A stretch of DNA of 64,000 nucleotides, taken from positions 67,065-131,064 of the forward strand of contig JAKQNF010000002.1 of the NCBI GenBank assembly GCA_029565935.1, given 5' to 3'. The stretch is from Bacillota bacterium (lineage in GTDB: Bacteria > Bacillota > DTU025 > MWDF01). The notes below the pieces were generated by a model. That model did not search any database and had not been told where the DNA came from. It saw nothing but the letters and a program-made list of their open reading frames with translations. Shown in pieces: positions 50,274 through 58,288 of the stretch (positions are counted from its first letter, which is position 1; every line of letters begins with the position of its first letter). The position numbers were made by a program, and so were the translations under genes.

Positions 50274-51617
50274 GTGAAATTGGCAAGGACAATGGCAAAA
50301 GTAAAGAGCGTCGCTGCAGGCTCTCCTGCGGCAAGAGCCGGGCTCATGGCCGGGGACGTGGTTCTGGCCGTCGATGGCTACGAGATGATCGACATAATCG
50401 ATTGGCGGTTTCTCACGTCTGACTACTCCTTCACGATATTTGTGGAGCGTGGAGGCGTGGAACTTGAACTGCAGGTGTTCCGCGATGAGATGGCAGAGCT
50501 TGGCGTTGAGTTCGAAGACATTCTGTTCGACGGTATAAAGGAGTGCGCAAACAGGTGTGTATTCTGTTTCGTCGACCAGTTACCGGATGGAGTAAGGAGT
50601 AGCCTGTGCATCAAGGACGACGATTACAGGCTTTCTTTCCTGCAGGGAAATTTCGTTACGCTTACGAACTGCTCGAAGCGGACTCTGGACAGAATCGTGG
50701 AATTCAGGATGTCCCCAATTTACGTGTCGGTTCACGCGACCGATCCTGTGACGAGGAATCTCATGCTAGGGAGGAAGTCGACGAGACCAATAATGGAAGT
50801 GCTGCGATATCTCGGGGAAAACGGTATTGAGATGCACACCCAGATAGTGGTCGTACCCGGAATGAACGATGGGTACGTGCTTAAAAGGAGCATCGATGAG
50901 TTGTCCAGCCTTCGTCCAGGCTTGCTGTCGATCGGAATCGTACCGGTTGGACTTACTAAGCACAGGAAAGCACATGATAAGGTCCGTTCCGTTTCGGAGG
51001 ATGAAGCGAAACAAACCTTGGATCTTATCGAGGATTTCCAATCGAAATTCGTTTCGTCTTTCGGGACTAGGCTAGTATGGGCATCGGATGAATACTATCT
51101 GAAGGCGGGGCGGGATTTTCCAAACGGTTCATCCTATGAGGGTTACGTTCAGCTCGAAAACGGCATAGGTCTGGCAAGGTCTCTCTCAGACGACGTCGAA
51201 TGCTTACTTTCCAAAAACACGTGGGTAGGGAAGCTAGGAACATCAGACGGCTGGCTACTGACGGGAACGGATGGCGCGAAGGTGATCGGCCCTTTGCTGG
51301 ACAGAATCAAGATGGCATCAGGCTCTAGGGTAAGCATGGTGACTGTGCCGAGCACCTATTTCGGGGGCGGCGTGACGGTGACCGGCCTAGTTACCGGCAG
51401 CGACATCGTGTCAACGATAAACAGGATGGCAAGACGTCCTGAAGATGCAAGGAGACTCATCATCCCGGATGTCATGCTTAGGGATGGTGAGGATGTGTTC
51501 CTCGACGGCATGAGTGTGGACGAAGTAGCTGGCCTTTGCGACATGGACCTTAGTGTGGTCAGCACTGACGCATCAGGGTTGCTTGAGGCTGCCGGTATGC
51601 GAAGGAAGGCGGTATAG
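50274..51617 (+). CDS. PDZ-domain radical-SAM-like protein (DUF512 family), conserved upstream of der in Firmicutes
   Basis: An N-terminal PDZ (..VKSVAAGSPAARAGLMAGDVVLAVDG..) is present. A CANRCVFCF Cys cluster follows. It is 447 aa with a TTG start. Confidence 0.7.
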   Translation: MKLARTMAKVKSVAAGSPAARAGLMAGDVVLAVDGYEMIDIIDWRFLTSDYSFTIFVERGGVELELQVFRDEMAELGVEFEDILFDGIKECANRCVFCFVDQLPDGVRSSLCIKDDDYRLSFLQGNFVTLTNCSKRTLDRIVEFRMSPIYVSVHATDPVTRNLMLGRKSTRPIMEVLRYLGENGIEMHTQIVVVPGMNDGYVLKRSIDELSSLRPGLLSIGIVPVGLTKHRKAHDKVRSVSEDEAKQTLDLIEDFQSKFVSSFGTRLVWASDEYYLKAGRDFPNGSSYEGYVQLENGIGLARSLSDDVECLLSKNTWVGKLGTSDGWLLTGTDGAKVIGPLLDRIKMASGSRVSMVTVPSTYFGGGVTVTGLVTGSDIVSTINRMARRPEDARRLIIPDVMLRDGEDVFLDGMSVDEVAGLCDMDLSVVSTDASGLLEAAGMRRKAV

Positions 51618-51618
51618 G

Positions 51619-52950
51619 ATGACTACGAGACCGATGGTAGCGATAGTAGGAAGGCCCAACGTGGGAAAATCTGCCCTTTTCAACAGGATAATAAGGAGCA
51701 GGGTGTCAATCGTCGAAAGCCAGCCGGGTGTAACCAGAGACCGGATATATGCCGATACACAATGGCAGGGGATGGATTTCGTCATCATAGACACAGGTGG
51801 TATTACGACAGGAAAACAGGATCCTTTGAACGAGAAGGTCCGCGACCAGGCGGAAATCGCAGTCGAACAGGCATCGGTCGTCGTCTTCGTACTGGATGCG
51901 AAGACCGGGCTCATGGCAGAGGACGAAGATGTCGCCAACATAATCAGACATAGCAAGAAGCCTTGCGTGCTTTGCGTCAACAAGGTAGACGATCCAAGGC
52001 ACATGGATTATTCGTTTTGGTCTTTAGGGCTCGGTGAACCGCTCCCTGTGACGGCAGCCCACGGTACTGGAGTCGCAGAACTGCTGGATGCGATAGTCGA
52101 AAAACTCAAGGAGATGGGTTACAAGGAGAATGAGCAGGATGGAGAGACTGCCGAAAACGCCCCGATAAAAGTGGCGTTCGTAGGTAAGCCCAATGTAGGG
52201 AAGTCGTCCATCGTGAACAAATACATCGGCTACGAGAGAAGCATCGTGAGTGATATGCCAGGTACCACTAGGGATGCCATCGACATGGACATCGAAATCG
52301 AAGGAAGATCCTTCGTTCTGATAGACACTGCCGGAATAAGGCGCAAGCCCAGGATAGATACTTCGGTTGAATTCTACTCGGTGGTCAGGAGTATGTCTGC
52401 GATCGAGAGAAGCGACGTTGCCGTTATTGTGCTAGATGGTACCGAAGCTGTTTCTGAGCAGGACGTAAGGATAGCGGGTTTCGCCCATGAAGCTGGGAAG
52501 GCGGTCGTCATCGCTGTAAATAAATGGGATGTCATGGATAGAGAAGAAGGTTACCATGAAGAGAAGATAAAGGAGATTAAAGAGAAACTTTCCTATATGG
52601 ACTACGTTAAGGTTGTCTTTGTCTCAGCTAAGCAAGGAAGGCATCTTGATAGGCTGCTTAAGGCAATCATAGATGCGTTTGAAGCCAATAGAAGGCGCAT
52701 AGCGACAGCCGAGCTCAACAAGTTGCTTGAGGAGGCAGTCCTTCGGTTCCCGCCGCCAGGTGAAAAAGGCAGGCAGCCCAAGCTTCTCTACATTTCGCAG
52801 GTCAGAGTACAGCCTCCTACGTTTGTGCTGTTTACTAATTCACCGGACCTGGTCCATTTCTCCTATGTCAGGTACCTAGAGAACCTTATTCGCGGCGCAT
52901 ATGATTTTTCGGGAACGCCGATGATCATCCACCTAAGGAAGAGGAGTTGA
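51619..52950 (+). CDS. der: Ribosome-biogenesis GTPase Der (EngA), tandem G domains plus KH-like domain
   Basis: Two GxxxxGKS motifs are present (VAIVGRPNVGKSALFN; VAFVGKPNVGKSSIVN). An ATG at 51619 follows the upstream stop. The ORF-track start at 51553 is too early. Confidence 0.9.
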   Translation: MTTRPMVAIVGRPNVGKSALFNRIIRSRVSIVESQPGVTRDRIYADTQWQGMDFVIIDTGGITTGKQDPLNEKVRDQAEIAVEQASVVVFVLDAKTGLMAEDEDVANIIRHSKKPCVLCVNKVDDPRHMDYSFWSLGLGEPLPVTAAHGTGVAELLDAIVEKLKEMGYKENEQDGETAENAPIKVAFVGKPNVGKSSIVNKYIGYERSIVSDMPGTTRDAIDMDIEIEGRSFVLIDTAGIRRKPRIDTSVEFYSVVRSMSAIERSDVAVIVLDGTEAVSEQDVRIAGFAHEAGKAVVIAVNKWDVMDREEGYHEEKIKEIKEKLSYMDYVKVVFVSAKQGRHLDRLLKAIIDAFEANRRRIATAELNKLLEEAVLRFPPPGEKGRQPKLLYISQVRVQPPTFVLFTNSPDLVHFSYVRYLENLIRGAYDFSGTPMIIHLRKRS

Positions 52951-52956
52951 GCCCAC

Positions 52957-53568
52957 ATGGGGATTCTGGCATTGGCAATAGGGTACCTCATAGGGGCCCT
53001 GCCTTTCGGAATAGTGATGACCAAGCTGGTGTTGGGGATAGATATCAGGAAAGTTGGTTCCGGTAATACCGGGACGTCAAACGTAACCCGTGCGCTTGGT
53101 ATTGGCTATGGCTTCATCAACGCCGTTCTAGACATTTCCAAGGGGATAGTGCCTGTTCTGATAGCTAGGTCGATGGGTTTGAGCCTCGCTTGGCAGTGTG
53201 GTGTTTCCTTGGCAGCCGTCATCGGTCATAACTGGCCGATATATACGATGTTCAAGGGAGGAAAGGGTATAGCAACTAGTTTCGGGGCCCTGGTTGTACT
53301 TGAACCGCGATTTCTTCTAATAGTGCCCATATTTGCTATAATCGTCTTATCAACGCGGATTAAGTCTTTGGCTTCGATGACTTCCGCATTTCTGTTAATC
53401 CCTCTCTCCCTGATCCTTAAGGCGCCATGGGAGATCGTGATATTGACTATAGTGATATGCTGCATGGCCATTTATAGGCATAAGGACAACGTCAAGAGGC
53501 TTATGGCAGGGAAGGAGAACAAGATATCATATAAGCTGAAGCCCGATAGATCATTAAAGCAAAAATGA
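52957..53568 (+). CDS. plsY: Glycerol-3-phosphate acyltransferase PlsY
   Basis: LGIDIRKVGSGNTGTSNVTRALG..HNWPIYTMFKGGKGIATSFG are PlsY motifs. It is 203 aa. Confidence 0.85.
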   Translation: MGILALAIGYLIGALPFGIVMTKLVLGIDIRKVGSGNTGTSNVTRALGIGYGFINAVLDISKGIVPVLIARSMGLSLAWQCGVSLAAVIGHNWPIYTMFKGGKGIATSFGALVVLEPRFLLIVPIFAIIVLSTRIKSLASMTSAFLLIPLSLILKAPWEIVILTIVICCMAIYRHKDNVKRLMAGKENKISYKLKPDRSLKQK

Positions 53569-53583
53569 TGCAGGAGGGATCTT

Positions 53584-54267
53584 ATGTTCCTTATGGTCGC
53601 GTGGAAGGAGTTCGCAATAGACCTATGCCTTCTGGTGTTGTCGGTCTTGTTCGGATCCTTGGTGGGATATGAGAGGGAGGTACACGGCAAATCAGCAGGC
53701 CTTAGGACGCACGCGCTTGTTTGTGTAGGAGCATCTCTTCTTACCATTGTCTCCATGAGGGGCTTCGGTGCCTGGGAGGGTGGATTAAGAGACCCAGGTC
53801 GTATAGTAGGTCAAATGGTTGCCGGTATCGGTTTTTTGGGTGCAGGTACCATATTAAGAGACGGCTTGAGCATAAAAGGCCTTACGACGGCCGCCAGCCT
53901 ATGGGCGACCTGCATGATAGGCATTTCAGTAGGTGCAGGCCTCGTACAGTACGCTGCACTGGGAACATTACTGGTTGTCATAGTTCTCAGCCAGTTCAGC
54001 AAAGTTGAGCGCATGCTTTCTGTGAGAGCGTCTTCGATGCTTAAGATAACCGCCACTGACAGGCCGGGTCTCCTAGGTGACGTGGCCGCCTTGTTGGGAA
54101 GGTATTCGATAAATATACTTAAGAGCGAAATCAACAGCGATCTCGATACGGGCATAGTGATGATTGACCTGGAACTGAGGAAAGTCATAAAGGATACCCG
54201 AGTCTGTGACGTAATACATGAGCTGTCCAAGATACAGGGCGTCCGGAACTATGAGATCCGGGAATAG
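53584..54267 (+). CDS. MgtC/SapB-family membrane protein with C-terminal ACT-like domain
   Basis: The MgtC N-terminal TM region (..GSLVGYEREVHGKSAGLRTHALVCVGASLL..) is followed by a soluble ACT-like tail. Confidence 0.7.
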   Translation: MFLMVAWKEFAIDLCLLVLSVLFGSLVGYEREVHGKSAGLRTHALVCVGASLLTIVSMRGFGAWEGGLRDPGRIVGQMVAGIGFLGAGTILRDGLSIKGLTTAASLWATCMIGISVGAGLVQYAALGTLLVVIVLSQFSKVERMLSVRASSMLKITATDRPGLLGDVAALLGRYSINILKSEINSDLDTGIVMIDLELRKVIKDTRVCDVIHELSKIQGVRNYEIRE

Positions 54268-54274
54268 GAGATAT

Positions 54275-55060
54275 ATGAAGATCCTAGTTTCAAATGACGA
54301 TGGCATACACGCCGAAGGACTCGCGTCTTTGTGCAGTTGCCTTACCGAGGCTGGTTTCCAGGTGTACGTTTGCGCACCCGACAGGGAAAGAAGCGCAGCA
54401 AGCCATGCGCTTACGATGTATAGCCCACTTAGACTTATCGAGGTAGGTAATCCCAACTTCGATGCGTTTAGGGTATGGTCAGCCGATGGCACACCCGCAG
54501 ATTGCGTAAAGATAGCCCTAGAGCTTCTGATGAAATCGGATCCACCGGATTATGTGATCTCCGGAGTAAACAGAGGCCCGAATTTGGGCACTGATATCCT
54601 ATATTCCGGCACCGTCGCAGCGGCCGCCGAAGGGTGTTTCGCGGGCATTCCATCGCTTGCCGTCTCTTGTACCGATAAGATGAATCCAAACTACCAGACC
54701 GCATCCAAATTCGTCTCAGCGCATATATCTGACATATTTGCGAACGAACTGCCGCAGGGGACCATGCTTAACATAAACGTACCGGCCGACATAACGAGAC
54801 AAGTGGCCAACACTCCCTATATGTTTACACGGGCAGGGACCATGAAGTACGTCGATATATTCGACGTCAGGCACGATCCGCGAGGTAGGGAGTACATATG
54901 GATGTCAGGTAACCCCATGGACCTGGACATTGAAGAGGATTTCGATACTGTGGCCATCAAGAAAGGCCTAATATCCATTACACCAATCAAGTTTGATGTA
55001 ACGGATTACTCGTTGCTTGCGAAGCTTAGGAACAGTAGTGGTGGCCATAGGTTGCTATAA
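54275..55060 (+). CDS. surE: 5'/3'-nucleotidase SurE
   Basis: MKILVSNDDGIHAEGL is the canonical SurE N-terminus. The RBS AGGAG lies upstream. Its TAA stop lies inside dif-like site 2. Confidence 0.85.
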   Translation: MKILVSNDDGIHAEGLASLCSCLTEAGFQVYVCAPDRERSAASHALTMYSPLRLIEVGNPNFDAFRVWSADGTPADCVKIALELLMKSDPPDYVISGVNRGPNLGTDILYSGTVAAAAEGCFAGIPSLAVSCTDKMNPNYQTASKFVSAHISDIFANELPQGTMLNINVPADITRQVANTPYMFTRAGTMKYVDIFDVRHDPRGREYIWMSGNPMDLDIEEDFDTVAIKKGLISITPIKFDVTDYSLLAKLRNSSGGHRLL

Positions 55061-55078
55061 TATTTATTATGTAAACTT
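55051..55078 (+). other. dif-like XerC/XerD core site 2: GGTTGCTATAA-TATTTA-TTATGTAAACT
   Basis: The right arm is an 11/11 match to the B. subtilis dif XerD arm. It is 26/28 identical to site 1. It is immediately followed by TTCTAGG, which echoes the B. subtilis XerC arm on the opposite strand. Confidence 0.55.
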
Positions 55079-55093
55079 CTAGGTATAAAATAC

Positions 55094-55169
55094 TGGCAGG
55101 GGAGACAGGACTTGAACCCGCAACCCTCGGTTTTGGAGACCGATGCTCTGCCAATTGAGCTACTCCCCT
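55094..55169 (-). tRNA. trnW: tRNA-Trp (anticodon CCA)
   Basis: The cloverleaf was folded by eye. The acceptor is AGGGGAG/CTCCCCT with discriminator G plus CCA. The anticodon loop is CTCCAAA. The T-loop is GGTTCAAGTCC. It is about 80% identical to E. coli tRNA-Trp. Confidence 0.9.
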
Positions 55170-55262
55170 GCGATGGCGTATTCATATGCAATAAGTATTT
55201 TACGTGCACAAGGCGTTATTGTCAAATGATTTAAAAGTAGAATACCGTGAGGAGGTAGACTT

Positions 55263-55838
55263 ATGTCGGAGTTAAAAGTACCCGTAGGGATTTCGAACAG
55301 ACATCTTCATTTAAGCGAGGCCGACCTTCATAAACTATTTGGGGAAGGCGCTAGCCTTACAGTAAAGAAGGACCTCTCTCAGAAGGGTCAGTTCGCTTGC
55401 GAAGAAGTCGTAAACCTGATAGGACCCAAGGGCAGCCTCAATAATGTCAGGATACTCGGACCTACAAGGAAACAAACGCAGGTTGAAGTATCTAATACAG
55501 ATGCAAGGACTTTAGGTCTAGAGGCACCAGTACGCGACAGCGGGGACCTAAAGGAGAGCACCCCCATCAAGATAGTAGGGCCCAAGGGCGAGCTGAGCCT
55601 TACTGAAGGGTGCATAGTGGCTAAAAGGCACGTTCACATGAACGAAGAAGATGCCGCCAAGTATGGATTAAAGGACAGGCAGATCGTAAAGGTGGGCGTA
55701 AAGGGAAGCCGCGGGCTGGTATTTGACGAAGTCCTTATAAGGGTACATCCGACATTTGTGCTTGAAATGCATCTGGATACCGATGAGGCGAATGCCTGTG
55801 GCTTGAAGAACGGTGAATTGGTATCTGTCCTTTTATGA
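55263..55838 (+). CDS. pduL: PduL/EutD-type phosphate acyltransferase (phosphotransacylase), orphan
   Basis: VPVGISNRHLHLSEADL .. VAKRHVHMNEEDA are the two PduL repeat signatures. It is 191 aa. No microcompartment genes are nearby. Confidence 0.7.
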   Translation: MSELKVPVGISNRHLHLSEADLHKLFGEGASLTVKKDLSQKGQFACEEVVNLIGPKGSLNNVRILGPTRKQTQVEVSNTDARTLGLEAPVRDSGDLKESTPIKIVGPKGELSLTEGCIVAKRHVHMNEEDAAKYGLKDRQIVKVGVKGSRGLVFDEVLIRVHPTFVLEMHLDTDEANACGLKNGELVSVLL

Positions 55839-56287
55839 CCCCAGATGAAGTCAAGAAGGTCATGCTAGGTGATTCGCGGACTAGCACCGAGCTTGATTTC
55901 GGAAGTCAAAGGCATTATGAAGGCGGCTCATCGCTAGTAATACCTGTAATGCAAGATAGGTTGCTCATGGTATTCAATAATGCTCGCGATGGTTGGGAGT
56001 TCCCCGGAGGAAAGAGAAATGCCGGGGAATCTCCTTTACAATGTGCCGTAAGGGAACTATATGAAGAAACCGGCCTGACTGGTAGGGACTTCCTCAGGCT
56101 CTGTTCTTATAAGGTGGTCAAGGACGGTCTCGTTATGGACGGCGATATCTTTTCTTGCAAGATAGATACCTTACCGGTTGCATTTCTCGATACTAAAGTG
56201 TCTGGTGCTGGCCTTTTTTCAATTAGTCCGCATAAGCTAGCGATTACTGACGGTTACATTGAGTATTTCTTCGAATTATTGAAATAG
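55835..56287 (+). CDS. NUDIX hydrolase
   Basis: The Nudix box is GGKRNAGESPLQCAVRELYEETGL. Its ATG overlaps the pduL stop (ATGA), suggesting translational coupling. Confidence 0.7.
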   Translation: MTPDEVKKVMLGDSRTSTELDFGSQRHYEGGSSLVIPVMQDRLLMVFNNARDGWEFPGGKRNAGESPLQCAVRELYEETGLTGRDFLRLCSYKVVKDGLVMDGDIFSCKIDTLPVAFLDTKVSGAGLFSISPHKLAITDGYIEYFFELLK

Positions 56288-56308
56288 CTTTATTTGAGGT
56301 GATGATTA

Positions 56309-56521
56309 ATGCCCATATTTGATTTCAAATGTGAAAACTGTGGATATACCTTCGAAACCCTGGCAAAGAGAGATGAACAGGTTAACTGTCCAAAATGCAA
56401 CTCCGAGAGAACAAGAAAGCTCTTGTCGAAGTTCGGCTTCTCATGTGGTTCTAACTTTAGATCCTCATTAGGTTCAAGCGATTGTAGTGGTTGCAGTAGT
56501 ACTTCCTGTAGCCCTACATGA
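56309..56521 (+). CDS. FmdB-family zinc-ribbon protein with Ser/Cys-rich tail
   Basis: MPIFDFKCENCGYTFE...CPKCNS is a CxxC-x17-CxxC zinc ribbon. It is 70 aa. The C-terminus is SSLGSSDCSGCSSTSCSPT. Confidence 0.6.
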   Translation: MPIFDFKCENCGYTFETLAKRDEQVNCPKCNSERTRKLLSKFGFSCGSNFRSSLGSSDCSGCSSTSCSPT

Positions 56522-56565
56522 AGCCATAGCCATTAGGGCCGGTTCGGCCCTAAGATAATAATATA

Positions 56566-56593
56566 AGTTTACATAATGTGTATTATGCGACAT
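56566..56593 (-). other. dif-like XerC/XerD core site 3 (minus strand): ATGTCGCATAA-TACACA-TTATGTAAACT
   Basis: The right arm is an 11/11 match to the B. subtilis XerD arm. The left arm matches the E. coli dif XerC arm GGTGCGCATAA at 8 of 11 positions. It is inverted relative to site 2 and lies 1.5 kb away. Confidence 0.5.
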
Positions 56594-56701
56594 CATAGAT
56601 TTCAGTCATAATGCTCCCCCACATATCAGAAGTTGTTAGTAGGAGAAGTACGTGGAAAAGTTATGATGAAGTGCTGAATCCTCATGTATGCGTCGAATAG
56701 T

Positions 56702-56746
56702 AAAAATAGAGTGCCGCGGTCACGAACTACGGCACTCTATTTTTGG
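56702..56746. terminator. Bidirectional rho-independent terminator between the zinc-ribbon gene (+) and yneA-like gene (-)
   Basis: AAAAAT-AGAGTGCCG-loop-CGGCACTCT-ATTTTTGG. A-tract and T-tract flank a 9-bp stem. Confidence 0.5.
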
Positions 56747-56750
56747 CTAA

Positions 56751-57071
56751 TTATACTGCAGGCTTAGGGATAACTATGACTCTGCCTGGATATACGATAC
56801 CATCCTCAATGTCGTTCAACTCTATTGTCCTTGCTACTGCTGATCTTATATCGGTTTCGTAACCATAGACTTTTCTTACGCATTCCCAGACCGTATCACC
56901 TACGCGGACAAGGACCTCTTCAAGTTCAGTTGCATCGTTTCTACCCATCACGCAGGAACTGAATATAATGCCGAAGGTCAATATGAAAACGGATATGCCA
57001 GTAACGGTCAGGATTAGTTTAAGGGGGGATTTTCCCCTCAATCTCTTTGTCCTGTACATAATACCTATCAT
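56751..57071 (-). CDS. yneA: YneA-like SOS-induced cell-division inhibitor (N-terminal TM plus C-terminal LysM)
   Basis: It is divergent from lexA as in B. subtilis. About 106 aa run from MIGIMYRTKRLRGK with the RBS GGGTGGG upstream. The ORF-track N-terminal extension is rejected because it would include the LexA box. A C-terminal LysM (..VLVRVGDTVWECVRKVYG..GRVIVIP) is present. A minus-strand promoter TTGACA-17-TATACT at 57112-57140 is read directly. Confidence 0.6.
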   Translation of the reverse strand: MIGIMYRTKRLRGKSPLKLILTVTGISVFILTFGIIFSSCVMGRNDATELEEVLVRVGDTVWECVRKVYGYETDIRSAVARTIELNDIEDGIVYPGRVIVIPKPAV

Positions 57072-57091
57072 TAATCCCACCCACCCCTTAC

Positions 57092-57105
57092 CGAACATAT
57101 GTTCT
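57092..57105. promoter_or_regulatory. LexA (SOS) box 1: CGAACATATGTTCT
   Basis: It matches the Bacillus LexA/DinR consensus CGAACRNRYGTTCG at 13 of 14 positions. It sits at the predicted yneA transcription start. Confidence 0.6.
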
Positions 57106-57147
57106 ACTTTGAGTATAGGGGCCTGTAGGGCTTGTGTCAACAACAAT

Positions 57148-57161
57148 CGAACAAATGTTTG
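57148..57161. promoter_or_regulatory. LexA (SOS) box 2: CGAACAAATGTTTG, overlapping the lexA -35 (TTGTAT 57159-57164; -10 TATATT 57182-57187)
   Basis: One mismatch to the consensus half-site. This is the classic autoregulatory position. Confidence 0.5.
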
Positions 57162-57215
57162 TATACTTGATTGCTGTCTGATATATTAGTGTTAATCAAG
57201 AATCGAGGTGTAATC

Positions 57216-57830
57216 ATGCCTAATCTTAATGATAGAGAGGCGCAGATACTAAGCTTCATATCAAAGGAAGCTGCGGAGAAGGGTTTTCCCCCTTCCGTGA
57301 GAGAAATATGCGCTGCGGTAGGACTAAAATCAACATCTACAGTGCATGGTTATCTGAACTCACTAGAAAAGAAGGGTTTCATAAGGCGTGATCTCACAAA
57401 ACCAAGGGCAATCGACGTAATCCAGGATACGGTAGACTCAATCAACGTTAGGAGAATAGCAAAGGGAGTGCCTTTGGTAGGAGCTGTTACCGCAGGCATG
57501 CCAATACTGGCCACAGAGAACATCACCGACTATATCCCCCTACCCAAGGATTGGGTAGGCGACGACCAGGTATTTATGCTTAAGGTTAAGGGCGATAGTA
57601 TGATAGGTGCAGGAATCAATGAAAGTGACATGCTTATCGTAAGGAGTCAATCCGACGCTCAAAACGGTGAGATCGTAGTCGCGATGATAAATGATGAGGC
57701 GACGGTTAAGCGTATCTATAAAACGAAACAAGCTATAGAGCTTCATCCGGAGAATCCGGCATATCAAGTGATAATCTCACCGGATACCAAGGTAATAGGA
57801 AAAGTTATCGGGTTGCTCAGGAAAATATAA
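57216..57830 (+). CDS. lexA: LexA repressor
   Basis: MPNLNDREAQILSFISKEAAEKGFPPSVREICAAVGLKSTSTVHGYLNSLEKKGFIRR is the wHTH region. The C-terminal S24 peptidase has the Ala-Gly cleavage region and Ser/Lys dyad (..VKGDSMIGAGI..). The RBS CGAGGTG lies upstream. Confidence 0.9.
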   Translation: MPNLNDREAQILSFISKEAAEKGFPPSVREICAAVGLKSTSTVHGYLNSLEKKGFIRRDLTKPRAIDVIQDTVDSINVRRIAKGVPLVGAVTAGMPILATENITDYIPLPKDWVGDDQVFMLKVKGDSMIGAGINESDMLIVRSQSDAQNGEIVVAMINDEATVKRIYKTKQAIELHPENPAYQVIISPDTKVIGKVIGLLRKI

Positions 57831-57831
57831 T

Positions 57832-57858
57832 GCCCCGCTTTTTAGCGGGGCTATTCAT
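57832..57858. terminator. Terminator hairpin between lexA (+) and the convergent unknown gene (-)
   Basis: GCCCCGC-TTTTTA-GCGGGGC is followed by a T-rich tract. Confidence 0.4.
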
Positions 57859-57880
57859 ATTCATTTGGATACGTGCACCT

Positions 57881-58240
57881 CTAGGCCCTTATAGATGATG
57901 TATCCTTGATATCTTTCTTCTCTACCCCACATGCTCTGAAGAAAATCTCCAAAGCCTGTTTCGTACCCCTATCCTCCGGGTTACTGTTTTCAAGCTTGTC
58001 GTAGAAGTTGGGAAGCTGCTGATACCATTGTTTTGCCATGAATATCGCACTTTCAACACCCTCGTTGTTTATGACGCCAATTAGTTTGTCATAGGTGTTC
58101 CTTCTCGTTGAAGCTTGCTTCTCCCAGAAATCGGGGTTCTCGGTGAGCTGCGCAGCGAGGAGATCCTGTTTCGCGATGGCCCTGAAGCTCTCGAGCCCCC
58201 GCAGTATATCCTCGCTTGATATGAGGTGCATGTTACTCAC
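57881..58240 (-). CDS. Hypothetical soluble protein (119 aa), co-directional with and immediately downstream of the family-4 UDG
   Basis: The ORF has a clean ATG and lies 48 nt after the UDG stop. I recognise no motif (..ENPDFWEKQASTRRNTYDKLIGVINNEG..WYQQLPNFYDKLENSNPEDRG..). Confidence 0.4.
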   Translation of the reverse strand: MSNMHLISSEDILRGLESFRAIAKQDLLAAQLTENPDFWEKQASTRRNTYDKLIGVINNEGVESAIFMAKQWYQQLPNFYDKLENSNPEDRGTKQALEIFFRACGVEKKDIKDTSSIRA

Positions 58241-58288
58241 ACCTTTCCTATTATTCTGATGACCCTATATCTATTATACGATAATCTA

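Noticed and set aside
57072-57146. Longer N-terminus for the yneA-like gene (131-aa ORF)
   Set aside because: It would place a start codon (CATATG) inside LexA box 1 and run through the box and promoter. YneA homologues are about 105 aa. The internal start has a good RBS.
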